A program made the position numbers and the translations under genes. Below are positions 39,488 to 52,244 of a DNA stretch of 64,000 bases, one piece after another. Location: the NCBI RefSeq assembly GCF_009914755.1, contig NC_060927.1. The stretch is one strand, 5' to 3'. The notes under the pieces are model-generated. The model had not been told where the DNA came from, did not search any database, and worked only from the letters and a program-made list of their open reading frames with translations. Source of the stretch: the human T2T-CHM13v2.0 reference genome, Homo sapiens. Within the stretch, counting starts at the first letter, position 1, and every line of letters begins with the position of its first letter.

Positions 39488-41026
39488 TGATTTTGCTCCC
39501 CTCCCTGTAAACTATGGAACTGATGTGGGGCTGGGTGTTTTCTTCTAGCGTTTGGACTCTAGCAAAGGCTGCCCTGCCCAAAATGACCTGTTCCCCAGAA
39601 TTTCTACAGGGAGAGGCTATAATACCTTTATGAGTCATATTTACCTACACTAATGACTGTTAACAATATTAAAGCTGAAACTTTAAAAACGAGTCAACTT
39701 GCAATAATCTAATGGAAGCCAGAACATACCTAACTCATTCCCATTTTAGATTTGACTTTGGGATACATTGAGTATTTTGAAAATGACAGACTCCTCTATT
39801 TTCTTGGCTCCGGGTGATTAGACTGAGTTTGCCTTCTGTGGGTTCCCCTGAGTCAAAGGAAAGAGAGGTAGCTCAGAAGCATATTGCATCACCAAGAAAA
39901 GTTGGTCTGAGAGTGAACATCTATAACAGAAAGCCCAGAATGTGAATTATTCAAAATTAGACAATATAGATTGCACATGCTTCTTGTTAAATAGATTTCA
40001 GGTGAGGAACTTGTTGCTTCTCTGTGCAGTTGAGTTCCTCATCCATGCCCAAAAATATAGGTAGAATTTATGTTCTGACAGATGCTTATTTATCCCGTTT
40101 TGTACCCATAATCTACACTTGTCTTAATTTCCTCTCAATTATGCTCAGGCATTAACTAATAATGACTAACTACAACCCCAAATAATTATTGCTATCTGTT
40201 CCCTTTGTAAATATAACTCCAGCACAGAGCTAGAAGAATAATGGCATATTTACAGAAGGCAGCTAATTAAACTGAGTTCCAATTGCTTTCACTTTGCCAG
40301 AAGGAGCCATTTTCACAGCAAAAATTGGGTGGATGCTTGCATGCTTACCAGGAACAACCTGAGGTAACATAATTCAGGGTTCCCGAGGCAAAAATTCAGT
40401 GCAAGACAAATATACACAAGCAATAAAAATCTCATTAAGGAAGATATGAAGATTGTTTTACCATAGTCCAACCATTAAAAGGGGGTATCATTTTGGTGGG
40501 TTTATTTAAGGAATAGTATATATTTCATTGTTTCATAATGGAAGTAATTGCAAAGGACTCTTAGACAATCCTTGAAGAACATTTTTGTCTTCTGTTTGAA
40601 TCTTTCTTTTCTAGTTTATGAAACTACTTCACCATCTTTAGCCTCATCATTTCTAAACTTTCTAACAGATCTGAGCATTGTTAAGCCCAATACCCAAAAT
40701 TGTGAAAGTCCAAACACCCACCCTCACCCCTTCTCCTCCATCTGCTCCTCATTTATTTCAGGAATTTGGTCTTAAGCACAACATGATCTTTCATATAGAG
40801 TATGGATGCTTCTGTGGTGTGATTTCTGGAGTTTAACTGAACTCATTAGCAACAGTCACACGAATGCAAGTTCCTCTGACAAACTTGGATTGGAAAGCAT
40901 GTCTTCAGTTTTCTTTCTCTTCTGGGTTTATAGGTTATTCAAACCCAAACCAAACAAACACCTTCCTGAAATAACAACAGAAAAGGAACCCGACACCTTG
41001 CATTGTAAAGATGCCAGATGTTGTCT

Positions 41027-41387
41027 TGTATTAGTCTGTTTTCACGCTGCTGTTAAAGACATATCTGAGACTAGGTAATTTATAAAGATAAAGAGGGTTA
41101 ATGAACTCACAGTTCCATGTGGGTGGGGAGGCCTCAAAATCATGGTGGAAGGCTAAAGGCATGTCTTACATGGCGGCAGGCAAGAGAGAATGAGAGCCAA
41201 GTGAAAGGGAAAACCCCTTATAAAATCATCAGATCTCCTGAGACTTATTCACTACCATGAGAATAGTATGGGGGAACCGCCCCCATGATTCAATTATCTC
41301 CCACTGGGTCCCTCCCAAAACACGTGGGAATTACAGGAGCTACAGTGCAAGATGAGATTTGGGTGGGGACACAGCCAAACCATATCT
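41027..41387 (-). mobile_element. THE1B MaLR solo LTR
   Basis: TGTATTAGTCTGTTTTCACGCTGCT...GAGATTTGGGTGGGGACACAGCCAAACCATATC; TSD TGTCT / CATCT. Confidence 0.9.
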
Positions 41388-42279
41388 CATCTCTAAAGGA
41401 AGAATGTGTCTTCCTTGTCCTAGCTTTAGGAGAGAAACTCAGGAACGTTTTAGTGCATACTTACCTGGATTATTTAAACAATATTTTCAGTTGCAATGCT
41501 TTGCTGTGTTTCTGGATGCTGTGCTGAGTTTTCTTCCTGCCTGTGTGCAATTTCTGAATTCATTTCTATCTACTGGAAGTAGTGATTTGGCAGGCATCAG
41601 CACTTTTTCCATGTTTAATTAATTCCTCTAATTTTGTGGTAAATGAGAATAATGGGACTTAATTTTGCTATTTATGTAAAATTGATTGGTAATTATGGGG
41701 AGCACAGGAGATTTGGCTTTACAAACAAAAATTAAGTGACCTCTCCATCATGGTTCCTTGGCATGCCTCATTCACTCATCAGGGAAAAGCAGAAATGGCA
41801 GCAGAGCAGATGCTGGAGGGAGACGAGGGCAGGTTTTGACTTTTGCAGAAGTTGGAATATGGAAATGTGCAGGGTCTTGTTGAAAAGTCCAAATGAACTC
41901 AAGCCAGAATCATTCAGAAGATAAGATGTATAGGACAGAAACCTGTTTAACTGTTTTTATTATGTCATATTTGGCATGATTTGATCACCTAATTTCAATA
42001 TATTCCTATCTTTTGTGTTCTGACCAAACCAGGGATGGTTGGCAGGAATAAGGTCTCTTCCTAGAGGTGCTTTATGTTAAAGGAAGTTCTCATAAGATGT
42101 GGTCTCAAGACAGAAGGTTTTTACAATTATTAATTTCTCTCTTGAAACTGGATGTAGCTCCAGATCTCTGATTCTTGGTAAATGATACTTACATTGTAAA
42201 AACTAGTTTGTTATAGGTTGATATCTAGACTTAAATGATGTCTACATGTCTATGTCTGTATCTGTCTCTATAAGTGCCT

Positions 42280-42283
<4 letters not shown>

Positions 42284-42312
<29 letters not shown>
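42284..42312. repeat. (AC)14 microsatellite
   Basis: Read directly. Confidence 0.95.
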
Positions 42313-42316
<4 letters not shown>

Positions 42317-42434
42317 TTTTGCTTTCAACTCAAGGAGTCTTGGATAAGAAGACAACATACATGAAAATTATTATCATCCCTAAGTATTAAGATTTAGTTA
42401 TTACCATGATGGAATTTATTTTTAAAGAAATGTA

Positions 42435-42726
42435 GGCCAGGTACGGTGGCTCACGCCTGTAATCCCAGCACTTTGGGAGGCCGAGGTGGGTGGATCACGA
42501 GGTCAGGAGTTCAAGACTAGCCTGACCAACATGGTGAAACCCCATCTCTACTAAAAATACAAAAATTAGCCAGGCATGGTGGCGCATGACTGTAATCCCA
42601 GCTACTCAGGAGGCTGAGGCAGGAGAATCACTTGAACCCAGGAGGTGGAGATTGCATTGAGCTGAGATCGTGCCACTGCACTCTAGCCTGGGTGACAGAG
42701 CGAGACTCTGACTCAAACAAAAAAAA
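42435..42726 (+). mobile_element. AluSg-like
   Basis: GGATCACGAGGTCAGGAGTTC (2-bp deletion form); full dimer. Confidence 0.92.
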
Positions 42727-42728
42727 GG

Positions 42729-43083
<355 letters not shown>

Positions 43084-43162
43084 TCAGTTCCTTGATGGGC
43101 AACATTCAATCTTCTGGCTAGATGACAAGCAGTTCTGGTAGGGTTGTCATAAAGAAAAAGAG

Positions 43163-43250
43163 GCCGGAGGTTGCAGTGAGCTGAGATCATACCACTGCAC
43201 TGCAGCCTGGGCTACAGAGCTGGAGTGAGACTCCATCTCAAAAAAAAGAA
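43163..43250 (+). mobile_element. Heavily 5'-truncated Alu (right-arm end)
   Basis: GGAGGTTGCAGTGAGCTGAGATC...GAGACTCCATCTCAAAA; 12-bp TSD AAAGAAAAAGAG (43151-43162 / 43251-43262). Confidence 0.9.
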
Positions 43251-44189
43251 AAAGAAAAAGAGACAAATCATGCCCCATTACTGTGCCAGTAGCATAGCAT
43301 AGACATTCTCAGGTGAAATCAAAGAGACATTACATCCTGGAAGCTGATGTCCAACTTCAAAGACTTGATAAAATGAATTCTTGTGATTTAGCCACACAGA
43401 GCTATGGAAAATTATGGACAATATCTCAATTAGTTGATACTTATTACCTACATATTATAACTGTTTATTTGAGGAGCCTGGACAGTAATAGCTGAAATTT
43501 TCAAAACTATTACTTAGAAATAATAAGAAATTATTACTTTGAAATAAGATGTGTTTATCTCAGTACCACCCTTCATGGGGATCAGATTTTACCTTATAAT
43601 GGAATAGACAGGAATATCTGGCAGTATTAATATTCATTTTCTGCCAAGATATTTTTTTCTTCAATAAAGTAATTCACTTGATCTGTGCTTTGTAAATCAA
43701 TGCAGAGTTTCAGAAAGATTCACATTTAAGAAAGCTTTTGCCTTGGCTAAAACAAGAGCAGAGTGCCCAGAACATAAACACTAGCAACAGGTTCTGCCCT
43801 GGGTTGGTAATTTCCCGCCTGTGACCCATTTGGAATCAGATCATCAGGGATCAGACTCAGCATTCTACGTGCCTTACAACATTCCATCCATTGAGGTTTA
43901 AGGTGGAAAATAGAGTTGAGACAACAAAGAGGCCTAGGGGATCAATTGCAAATATCACTGCATAATGAATAATATTTCCCTAATTTTTTTTTGTATTGAT
44001 TCTACACCTATGGTCTCCCAAAACAGTTCTGATAACTTTAAAACTCAGAGGCTCATACTGCCTTCCTGGAAAAGAGATTCAAAGTACCCAGGCAAAAACC
44101 CAAATTCATTCTTTCAGATTTATTTTTCTTTCAAAAACCTACTTTCTGGTAAATCAAATCAGATAATCATTTCTGCTTGTTAAAACTAT

Positions 44190-45682
44190 TAAATCAGGAG
44201 GTTTGGGGATAGTAGCAACAGTGGCAGCAAAATGTTTGCGTCTTCCTGAATCTTCACATAGAATCAGACTGAAAGACTACTCAGCAAAACCAAAGCTCAT
44301 GGTTTCCGAACAAAGCAAGGTGACAGGGTATACCTCAAACCTCAAAATGCAACCCAGTATCAGCATTTGTCTAACAGAAAACAGAGGAAAGCAATGGGCA
44401 TCTGACAGACCAAAGAACAGGAGAACCCAAAAGAGCCAACAGACACTAGCTGGAATGCACAGCAGGCGGATTTCAAAGTGGCAGCAAAAACGGGGAGGGG
44501 TTTTGCTGCATCCCATAACAGATGAGTGCCTGTCAGGTCTTAAGGAGCTGGGGCAGTCTTATCTGCATGAACTCTCCACTCTGACTTCCCAGGGTCCCTC
44601 CAGGACAGGACTCTGCACCAACGAGAAACTGTTGGGAGTTGAATCAAAATTTAGCAGTACAGGGACAATAGATACAACAGAAAAACAAGATCTGGATAAA
44701 AATAGGAGAGAGGAACAGATACAAAGAATCTCAAAAACAGGCCACCGTATTTTTAATACTACGTGAAAACAACTGAAAAGAGAGTTCTATTAAGTAAAAG
44801 AAATCTTCTCTGAACCAAGCTTTCTTCTAAAAGTTCAAGGAGAGTAATTTTACATAGATATGAGCGAAAGAAAAGTATCCAGGTCAAATCCCATACAAAA
44901 TTATTATAACAAAGAAAGAGAATAAATGGTAGAAGATATCCTTATACAGGATGAAAACATTCCAGAGATAGATACTCAAAAAACAAAGATAAAAAATTGG
45001 GACATTCTGTTTTTTTTAAAAAAAAAGTCTAAAATATGTTGAGAAAATGATATAAGATATGAAAAAAACAAATCAAAATTAAAAATATTCAAATTAGGTG
45101 ACAAAGCTCAAGGAATTAAAATAAAAATAAAAAGTCATTTAAAAAATAGTGGCTAAACTAGAAGGAACAAAGGAGTAAATAAACACAATATAATGCCTTA
45201 AGAAAAATGGAAGATAAAAGGAGGGAATTTTTTAAAATCAAAAAGAAATGAAGAGATAAAAAGGATTCACATTAAATTGACAAATATTGAAGAGGCAAAG
45301 AAGATCCAGTATATAGATAATGGGAGTTTGTGAGAAAGAAAACTGAAGCAAGGAAGAAGAACAAATCTAAAAATATAATTAAGAATTTTATCCTGGAGTT
45401 AAAAATTTTTAAAGTGCATATTGTGAAAGACATTTTTTCAATATCAACCAATAGCGAGATATAGCCCAATAAAATGTCTGAACTTTTTTTAAAAATGGAA
45501 AATAACATTTGAGCATCCTAACAAAGAGAACCCTTGACTTACAAGGGAAAGAATATCAGATGTCATCAGACTATTTGACAGCAACATTTTACTTCAGAAG
45601 AAAATGGAATTAAGAAGGCATAAGGAAAGTCATCATCCACCACAATTGACCTTCTAGTGTAAAGGGCATAGACAGTCATCAG
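44190..45682 (+). mobile_element. HAL1 / ancient L1 5' region and ORF1 remnant, part 1
   Basis: A-rich ORF1-like sequence; TACAAGGGAAAGAATATCAGATGTCATCAGACT...CAGCAACA...AGAAGAAAATGGA. Confidence 0.55.
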
Positions 45683-47120
45683 TATCCAAATTGGAAAGAA
45701 AAGTCACATTAGCCTTGTTTGCAGATGACATGGTCTTATACCTAGAAAAAACTAAAGACTCCACCAAAAAAACCTGTTAGTACTGAAAAACAAATTCAAT
45801 AAAGTTGCAGGATACAAAATCAACTTACAAAAATCAGTAACATTTATATATAACAATATCAAACAGTCTGAAAATAAAAAGAAATCTCATTTACAATAGC
45901 TACAAAAATATATAAAATAACTAGGAATCAAGCTACTCAAGGAAGTGAAAGACCTACAAAAGGAAAAGTACAAAGCTCTGGTGAAAGAAATTCAAGAGGA
46001 CACAAAAAAGTGGAATGATATTTCATGCTCATGGATTGAAAAAAGTAATATTATTAAAATAAGGATACTACCAAAAGCAATTTACATATTCACTGCAATC
46101 CCTATTGAAATATTAATGACATTCTTCACAGACATAGGGAAAAAAATCCTAAAATTTATATGGAACCACAAAAGACTCTGAAGAGCCAAGGCAATCCTGA
46201 GCAAAAAGAGCAAAGCTGTAGGCATCATACTACCTGACATCAAATTTACTATAAAGCTATAGTAACCAAAACAGCATGGCACTGATGTAAAAAGAGACAC
46301 ATAGACCAGTGCAACAGAATAGAGAACCTATATATAAATCCACACATTCACAGCCAACTCATCTTTGACAAAGGCACCAGAAACATATAATGGAGAAAGG
46401 GCAGTCTTTTCAATAAATAGGGGTAGAAAAACTGGATAACTATTATACAGAAGGAAACTATATATTGTAAATGAAAATCTAATCAATAGATTAAAAGACT
46501 TAAATCTAAGGCCTGAAACTATGAAAGTACTAGAAGTAAACATTGGAGATATATTCCAGGACACTGGTCTGGGCAAAGGTTTTTTGTGTAAGACCTCAAA
46601 AGCACGGCAACCAAAGAAAAAATAAGTGGGATTACCTCAAGCTGAAACACTTCTGCACAGCAAAGGAAACAATCAATGAAGAAAAGAGACAACCTGCAGA
46701 ATGGGAGCTAGTATTTGCAAACTATGCATCCAACAGGGATTAATGACCAGAGGAGTTCAAACAACTCAGTAGCAAAAGGAACAGTCTAACTTAAAAATGA
46801 GAAAAAGATATGAACAGACATTTATCAAAAGAATACATATAAATGGCCAACAAGCATGTGAAAAAATGTTCATCGCTAGTTGTCAAAGAAATGCAAATCA
46901 AAACCACAATGAGATCTCATCTCACCCCAGTTAAAATGACTTGTGTGAAGAAGACAGACAATAACAGATGCTGGTGAGGATGTGGAGAAAGGGGAACCCT
47001 CATATACCTTTGGTGGGAGTGTAAAACAGTTAAGTACAGCCATTGTAGAGAACAGAGTGGAGGTTCCTCAAAAAACCAAACAAAGAGCTACCGTATGTTC
47101 CAGCAATTCTACTACTGGAG
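45683..47120 (+). mobile_element. L1MA-type ORF2 remnant (RT to C-terminal region)
   Basis: TTT GCA GAT GAC ATG (FADDM) at 45718-45732; ORF 45945-46181 matches L1 ORF2 ([23 protein letters not shown]); frameshifted. Confidence 0.9.
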
Positions 47121-47121
47121 A

Positions 47122-47173
47122 AAAAGAAAAAAAAAAAATATATATATATATATTTGTGTGTATATATGTGTGT

Positions 47174-47208
<35 letters not shown>

Positions 47209-47225
47209 CTTTTTTTTTTTTTTTT
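47122..47225. repeat. Quasi-palindromic compound microsatellite A-(TA)-(TG)|(CA)-(TA)-T
   Basis: Centre between 47173 and 47174; 46 of 52 positions pair with no gaps. Confidence 0.9.
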
Positions 47226-47361
47226 GAGACAGCGTCTTGCTCTTTAGCTCAGGCTGGAGTGAAGTGGTGCCATCTTGGCTCACTGCAACTTCTGTCCCCC
47301 TGGGTTCAAGCAATTCTCCTGCCTCAACTTCCCAAGTAGCTGCCTCAGCCTCCCATGTAAC
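47210..47361 (-). mobile_element. Alu right-arm fragment with terminal 21-bp duplication
   Basis: T16-GAGACAG...CTGGGTTCAAGCAATTCTCC; TGCCTCA..TCCCA.GTA.C twice (47320-47340, 47341-47361). Confidence 0.85.
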
Positions 47362-47362
47362 A

Positions 47363-47521
47363 GGCCAGACGTGATGGCTCATACCTATAATGCCAGTGCT
47401 ACTGGGAGGCCGAGTTCAGGTGGATAGCTTGAGCTCAGGAATTTGAGACAAGCCTGAACCACTGCACTCCAGCCTGGGCAATAGAGCGAGATTCTGTCTC
47501 TAGAAATCAAAAACAAAAAAA
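47363..47521 (+). mobile_element. AluJ-like with large internal deletion
   Basis: GGATAGCTTGAGCTCAGGAATTTGAGAC (J-type) jumps to CCACTGCACTCCAGCCTGGGCAA. Confidence 0.8.
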
Positions 47522-47590
47522 GGTAGCAGTGGTAAATGTTATGTGTGTATTTTACCACAATTTAAAAAATTAAGAAAAAGGAAAAAAATA
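47522..47590 (+). mobile_element. L1MB-type extreme 3' end
   Basis: GGTAAATGTTATGTGTGTATTTTACCACAATTTAAAAAA. Confidence 0.65.
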
Positions 47591-47599
47591 AATAGAAAT

Positions 47600-47830
47600 G
47601 TAAGATTTCAGGGGTTACCTTTCCCATTCTCTCTCTCTTTTTTTTTTTTGTCAAGGAATCTAGTAGAGAATTGTCTTCAGATTACCAAAATGACTAGAGA
47701 CCTCAATGTTAGAACTGGCAGTAGGCACTAAATGTATTGTGGCAGTACTTGTGTGTCTATGACTAAGAAGAGAAAGATTCTGGTAAGTAATGCTTGTATG
47801 ATTTGAGAATGCAGACATAGTACCACAATA
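47600..47830 (+). mobile_element. HAL1 part 2
   Basis: AAGGAATCTAGTAGAGAAT..CTTCAGATTACCAAAATGACTAGAGA, continuing HAL1 after the L1/Alu block. Confidence 0.5.
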
Positions 47831-47979
47831 AAATGAGGAGAAAGATGGGAGAGCATATGTAAAAAATGTTCTATAGTCAGGAATCATTATTGATGGCTTT
47901 AGTGTTGTTATTCCAAGACTCATGTATGTATACAAGTGTAATGTAGGAAAATTAAAGTAAATTTCTTAAGCTCCCAAAT

Positions 47980-48330
47980 TTGAATTAAAAATATCATTAT
48001 GAATTCATGATATATTTAGACGTTGAGCATTGATGACTTCTACATTCAAAAAAAAGCGAAAAACAAGACATGATGCGTCTCCAGGTGAAACAACCCAGTA
48101 CCACCATTAGTCTTGCCAAAAGCATCAAACTTGAATGTAATTAAGCCTCTTGATCCAGTTGTTAGTTTGCAAGAAATACCAAAGAGAGAGGCTCATGTTG
48201 AATTGTCTGTGTGTGCAACCAGTAAAATCCAGACTGCAGGAAACTCTACATGTATGGCACAGGTTCTTCAACAAATACATAGTAAGGGGAAAACATGGTT
48301 GGAGGGAAAAATATCTCAACTAGAATACCT
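47980..48330 (+). mobile_element. L1MC4/5-like 3' UTR fragment
   Basis: TCTTGCCAAAA..ATCAAACTTGAAT..AAGCCTCT.GATCC; TGCAACCAGTAAAATCCAGACT. Confidence 0.55.
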
Positions 48331-48469
48331 TCTTCACCTTGCATTTATATTGGAAGAATAATAGAAGAATTTAAGAATTGCCTTAAAACTCCTGAAATTT
48401 CTTAAACAATTGGTTGTATGATAAGAAAATGTAGGGAAGATTTGAGGATTCAACTCATGGCCATGATAG

Positions 48470-48715
48470 CAATAGCTATTATGCATGGAAAGCCTACCAT
48501 GTATCTGGTACTGTAATAAGAACCTTCAATGTATTAGCTCTAATCTTTATAGCAATATAGCAATTCTGTGAAATAGTAAATATAATCCCCATTTTACAGT
48601 TGAGAAAATAGAAGCACTGACAGGTTAAGAAAATTTCACAAGATAATTAATACATAGCTGAGTCAATGGGCTAACCCAGGCCGGTGGACTTCATAGCTCA
48701 TAATTTTTAACTACA
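48470..48715 (-). mobile_element. MIR
   Basis: ATCCCCATTTTACAGTTGAGAAAATAGAAGCAC..AGGTTAAG. Confidence 0.7.
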
Positions 48716-50573
48716 TTGTATAAAAAATTAACTTGAAAATGTGTATTAAGAAGCCTATGTTGTAACCTTAATGCTATCATTTGGGAACTTAAAAAGGTTG
48801 TGTTAATAAATCTTTTGTTACAGTTCAGACATAAAGCTAAAAAGGATGGTGTGGGATTTAGCATTAGCCAAATGGTATTGGCATCTAATCATCAGCGTAT
48901 CAGAGAGAATTTATATTGGACATTAATTTTTGGCTCTGTAGAGATGTCATATTTTTGAACTCTTATTCTATGCTTTGAGAATTGTCAAGCACTGCTTCTA
49001 AACATTTTATCACTTTCAGTCTTATTTTGCATCTCTCATTTTATGGAAATTTTGTTTAGCGACATACTTAAAATCTTGGTTTCTGATAGAATCAGAACAA
49101 GATTTTGATGATGCCCCTGAAGGCAAAGTGAGAAATCATTAAACTGTTATTAGTATTCTATAACTGATCCCTTATACCATGGAGCTAAGCTTCTTGAAGA
49201 AAATAACTTCTGAGATGCTGACCCAGTGTAACTGTGTTCTCAGCTTAGCACAGCCCAGATATTTCAAGCATGGTAAACAGGGAGCTGTCTCCAAAATGGC
49301 ACTGATTTTAGGGAATTTCTCAGTTTGATTGGGCAGCACATACATTACAATCCATTTCACTTCATGATATCTTTATTCAGATGCCACCATGGGAGGTAGC
49401 ATGATCTTAGAGTAGCATGGACCACCCCAGAGATTTCTGGAGGGGATTGCAATAATAATATTTCAATTTGCTATAAGGCCAAGAGTTTCATGCAGAACCT
49501 TTCTCTTTCTTTCTACTTCTTTTCCTGTCTGACTCATTCTCACTCAGCTTAAAGCCCATCTTGAAATGGTGTTAAATCTAATACCACTCTCAGATTTCAT
49601 CAATCTTTGAAGTTGGCCAGGGCTACGTAGAGTACAAAGGCAAGCAAAAATGGGCCACTATAAATTAGAGATTGGAAAATACCTATTAGAACACCAAGAT
49701 TCTGACAAAACTTTCCCCTCCAATATACAGGGCTTGAAATTGAACTGGTTTTCTCCTTGGACATGCCTCAAAGAATTCTAACACCTCCTTTGTAGTGGAT
49801 TGTAATTCCTTGTGCATCCCTTGCTCACATTACCTCCAATTCTTTATTCCTGATTTTTAAATGGAGGTGATAACTTTGCTGCATTACAAATTTACCAGGA
49901 TTCCACAATCTGCATGTTGGTGATTTAGTCCCTGTTCTGGAGATTTTAGGATGCTAACAAATTGACGTAAATAAGCTTGGACCCCTGCCAAGGAATATAG
50001 CGAGCCACTGAGCAGCTTTTCACATGGAAGGTCAGTGCATTTTTAACAAAATACAGAAAAAAGATGAGCCTTGGGTATGTTTTAGATCCAGGAAAGATGA
50101 GGCCAGGGAAAACCGTCTTCCCTCCCTTAGAAGACTTTGTGGAAGAGGGGGATTTTTAGGAATTGCTTAAATGATGGATGAGCTACCACCTGTTTCACAA
50201 GGATTCTGTGTTGCTGAATAAAATACTTTCAAATCACTCAGGTATTACTGGAAGAGATACTATACAAATACACAGCCAGATCTGTGTTCGAAGTGGCCCT
50301 TTAACTTTGGCCAGCCACTTATTCTTTAAATAATCTAATCTCCTCTTCTGAAAGTTGATTTGTGTATATTTGTACTTTTATATGTGGAGTATCTAATTGT
50401 GGTTAATATGGGCAATAATTTTAAGAATGATGTAAAACAAGATCCATAGCATCACTGAAAAATGTGACGGATTTGCACAGTGAAGTGTCTTTGGGATTGA
50501 TTAAGACTGTTTTGCATGACTTGGTAAAGGTAAAATGTCATCTCTCTTTTCTTCAGACAAATAGATTTGGTTA

Positions 50574-50575
<2 letters not shown>

Positions 50576-50604
<29 letters not shown>

Positions 50605-50776
50605 GAGATGGAGTCTCACTGTATCACCCAGACTGGAGTGCAGTGGCACAATCTGAACTCACTGCAACCTCCACCTCCCAGTTTCAAGCAATTCTGCCTC
50701 AGCCTCCTGAGTAGCCAGGATCGTAGGCATGTGCCACCACGCTCCACTAATTTTTGTATTTTTAGAAGAGACATGG
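50576..50776 (-). mobile_element. AluS right arm + linker, 5' part missing
   Basis: T29-GAGATGGAGTCTCACT...CTAATTTTTGTATTTTTAGAAGAGAC; no TSD found. Confidence 0.9.
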
Positions 50777-51194
50777 ACCTACTCTTAGCACCTACTCTTA
50801 GGACCAAATTAGGACCATAACAAAAAAATTTATTGAAAATGATCATATTCTCTTTTACTATAAACTTTCAGACTATAATTTCTTATAGTGGTCTGGTCTT
50901 CCTAATTATGTTTGAAATCCTGACTTTTATTTCTTTTTCAATTCTTAGGGGAAACTAATTTAATTAGTAAGTTATCAAAATCTTTTGATCTTTAGTAAGT
51001 ACTCGTTATGTTGGTACTTTATAAGCTAAAAATAAGAAAAACAACAGGAACCCCTGAAAGATTCAATGAAACTTTCTAATTCTAGACCTAACGTTTGTTG
51101 AGTGACTTGAATAAGTCACTTAACATCTCTATGGTTCACCTTCCCTTATGCCCAAAATCTAACAAATCTCTCTCCTCTTATTACCCCAAATGCC

Positions 51195-51375
51195 AATGGA
51201 TGGATAAATGAATAGGTGGGTGCAAGGGTGATACATGGATGGATGCACGGTTGGATATGTGGACAGATGCATATTTGGGTGTGTGGACTGATGCATGTTT
51301 GGGTGCATGGAAGGCTGGATGGGTAAGTGCATTGATGGGGTGCAGGGTTGGGTGCATGGATGGATTCATGGATTG
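51195..51375. repeat. Degenerate (TGGA/TGGG/TGCA)n repeat with internal 24-bp duplication
   Basis: TGTGGAC(A/T)GATGCAT(A/G)TTTGGGTG twice, within TGGA-type repeats. Confidence 0.8.
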
Positions 51376-52244
51376 AAACCTGGTTTAAAGGAAAGGTGGA
51401 AGGACATACAAAAGAAAGTGTTTTTATTAAAAAATGAAATTAATTCAACAGAAGAATGAACTGAAATAAAGCTGGAAAAACTGATAAAATTCACAGAAAT
51501 GTTTCTTTACCCCTGAAAGGAACTACTGTGCCTAAAATACTTTTTAAAATTTTTCAGAAAATGTGTTTGTGCCAAGCTCCATGTTGGATAATATCTCAGA
51601 TGTTTTCTTTGGTAAGAGGCCTCTATGTTTTATATGGCAGAAACTTTATAGCAAGAGTCGTCCATTTGTATAATAAGATGATTGCAATCCATAGAGACAA
51701 CCTCCTGCTATTTATCTTACGGTCCAGTCTAGTTCGTCGCTGGGTCTGTAAGGAGAGGTACTGAACATCAGTTTGAAAGGTTCCTCAGAGCATCCAGAGC
51801 CCCCTGGTATAGGTAAAGCTAAGCAGGGGAGCCATTGTTGTGTTACTTTGTTTTGTTAGATTAATGATTCTTCTGTTAATATTTAACCTTTTGTCAAATT
51901 GTGATGCATAAGGTTGTACATCTAGATCAATACAAATGAATAATGAGACAGGCATATTTTTTTCATCTCATTTATTTTCCTGCTAGTACACAACAGTGTT
52001 TTATTGACAGTGTGTTTCACATGGTCCATTATTAATTAAACTTAGAGAAGGACATATCCTTTGCCACATGAAAAGAAACACCAATGTTTCCCTGCTTTGA
52101 TCTTTCCTGAGGACTTGGAATAGTAAAGAAGTCTCTTAGGACTGTGGATGGAGGGGAGAGTGAGGTATGCTTCATGGAGTGTTTGAAGATTGGGCACTAT
52201 GTAATATGCCCTGAGGGGCAGCTCTGAAAGGTTCTGTGTGTTTT

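Noticed and set aside
44203-44766. 187-aa ORF
   Set aside because: TTG start within the decayed HAL1/L1 5' region; no recognisable protein
45945-46743. RT-related ORFs
   Set aside because: Frameshifted L1 ORF2 remnants, not an intact or domesticated reverse transcriptase
51195-51375. Possible CRISPR-like or satellite array
   Set aside because: Degenerate TGGA simple repeat with no constant repeat or unique spacers; eukaryotic context
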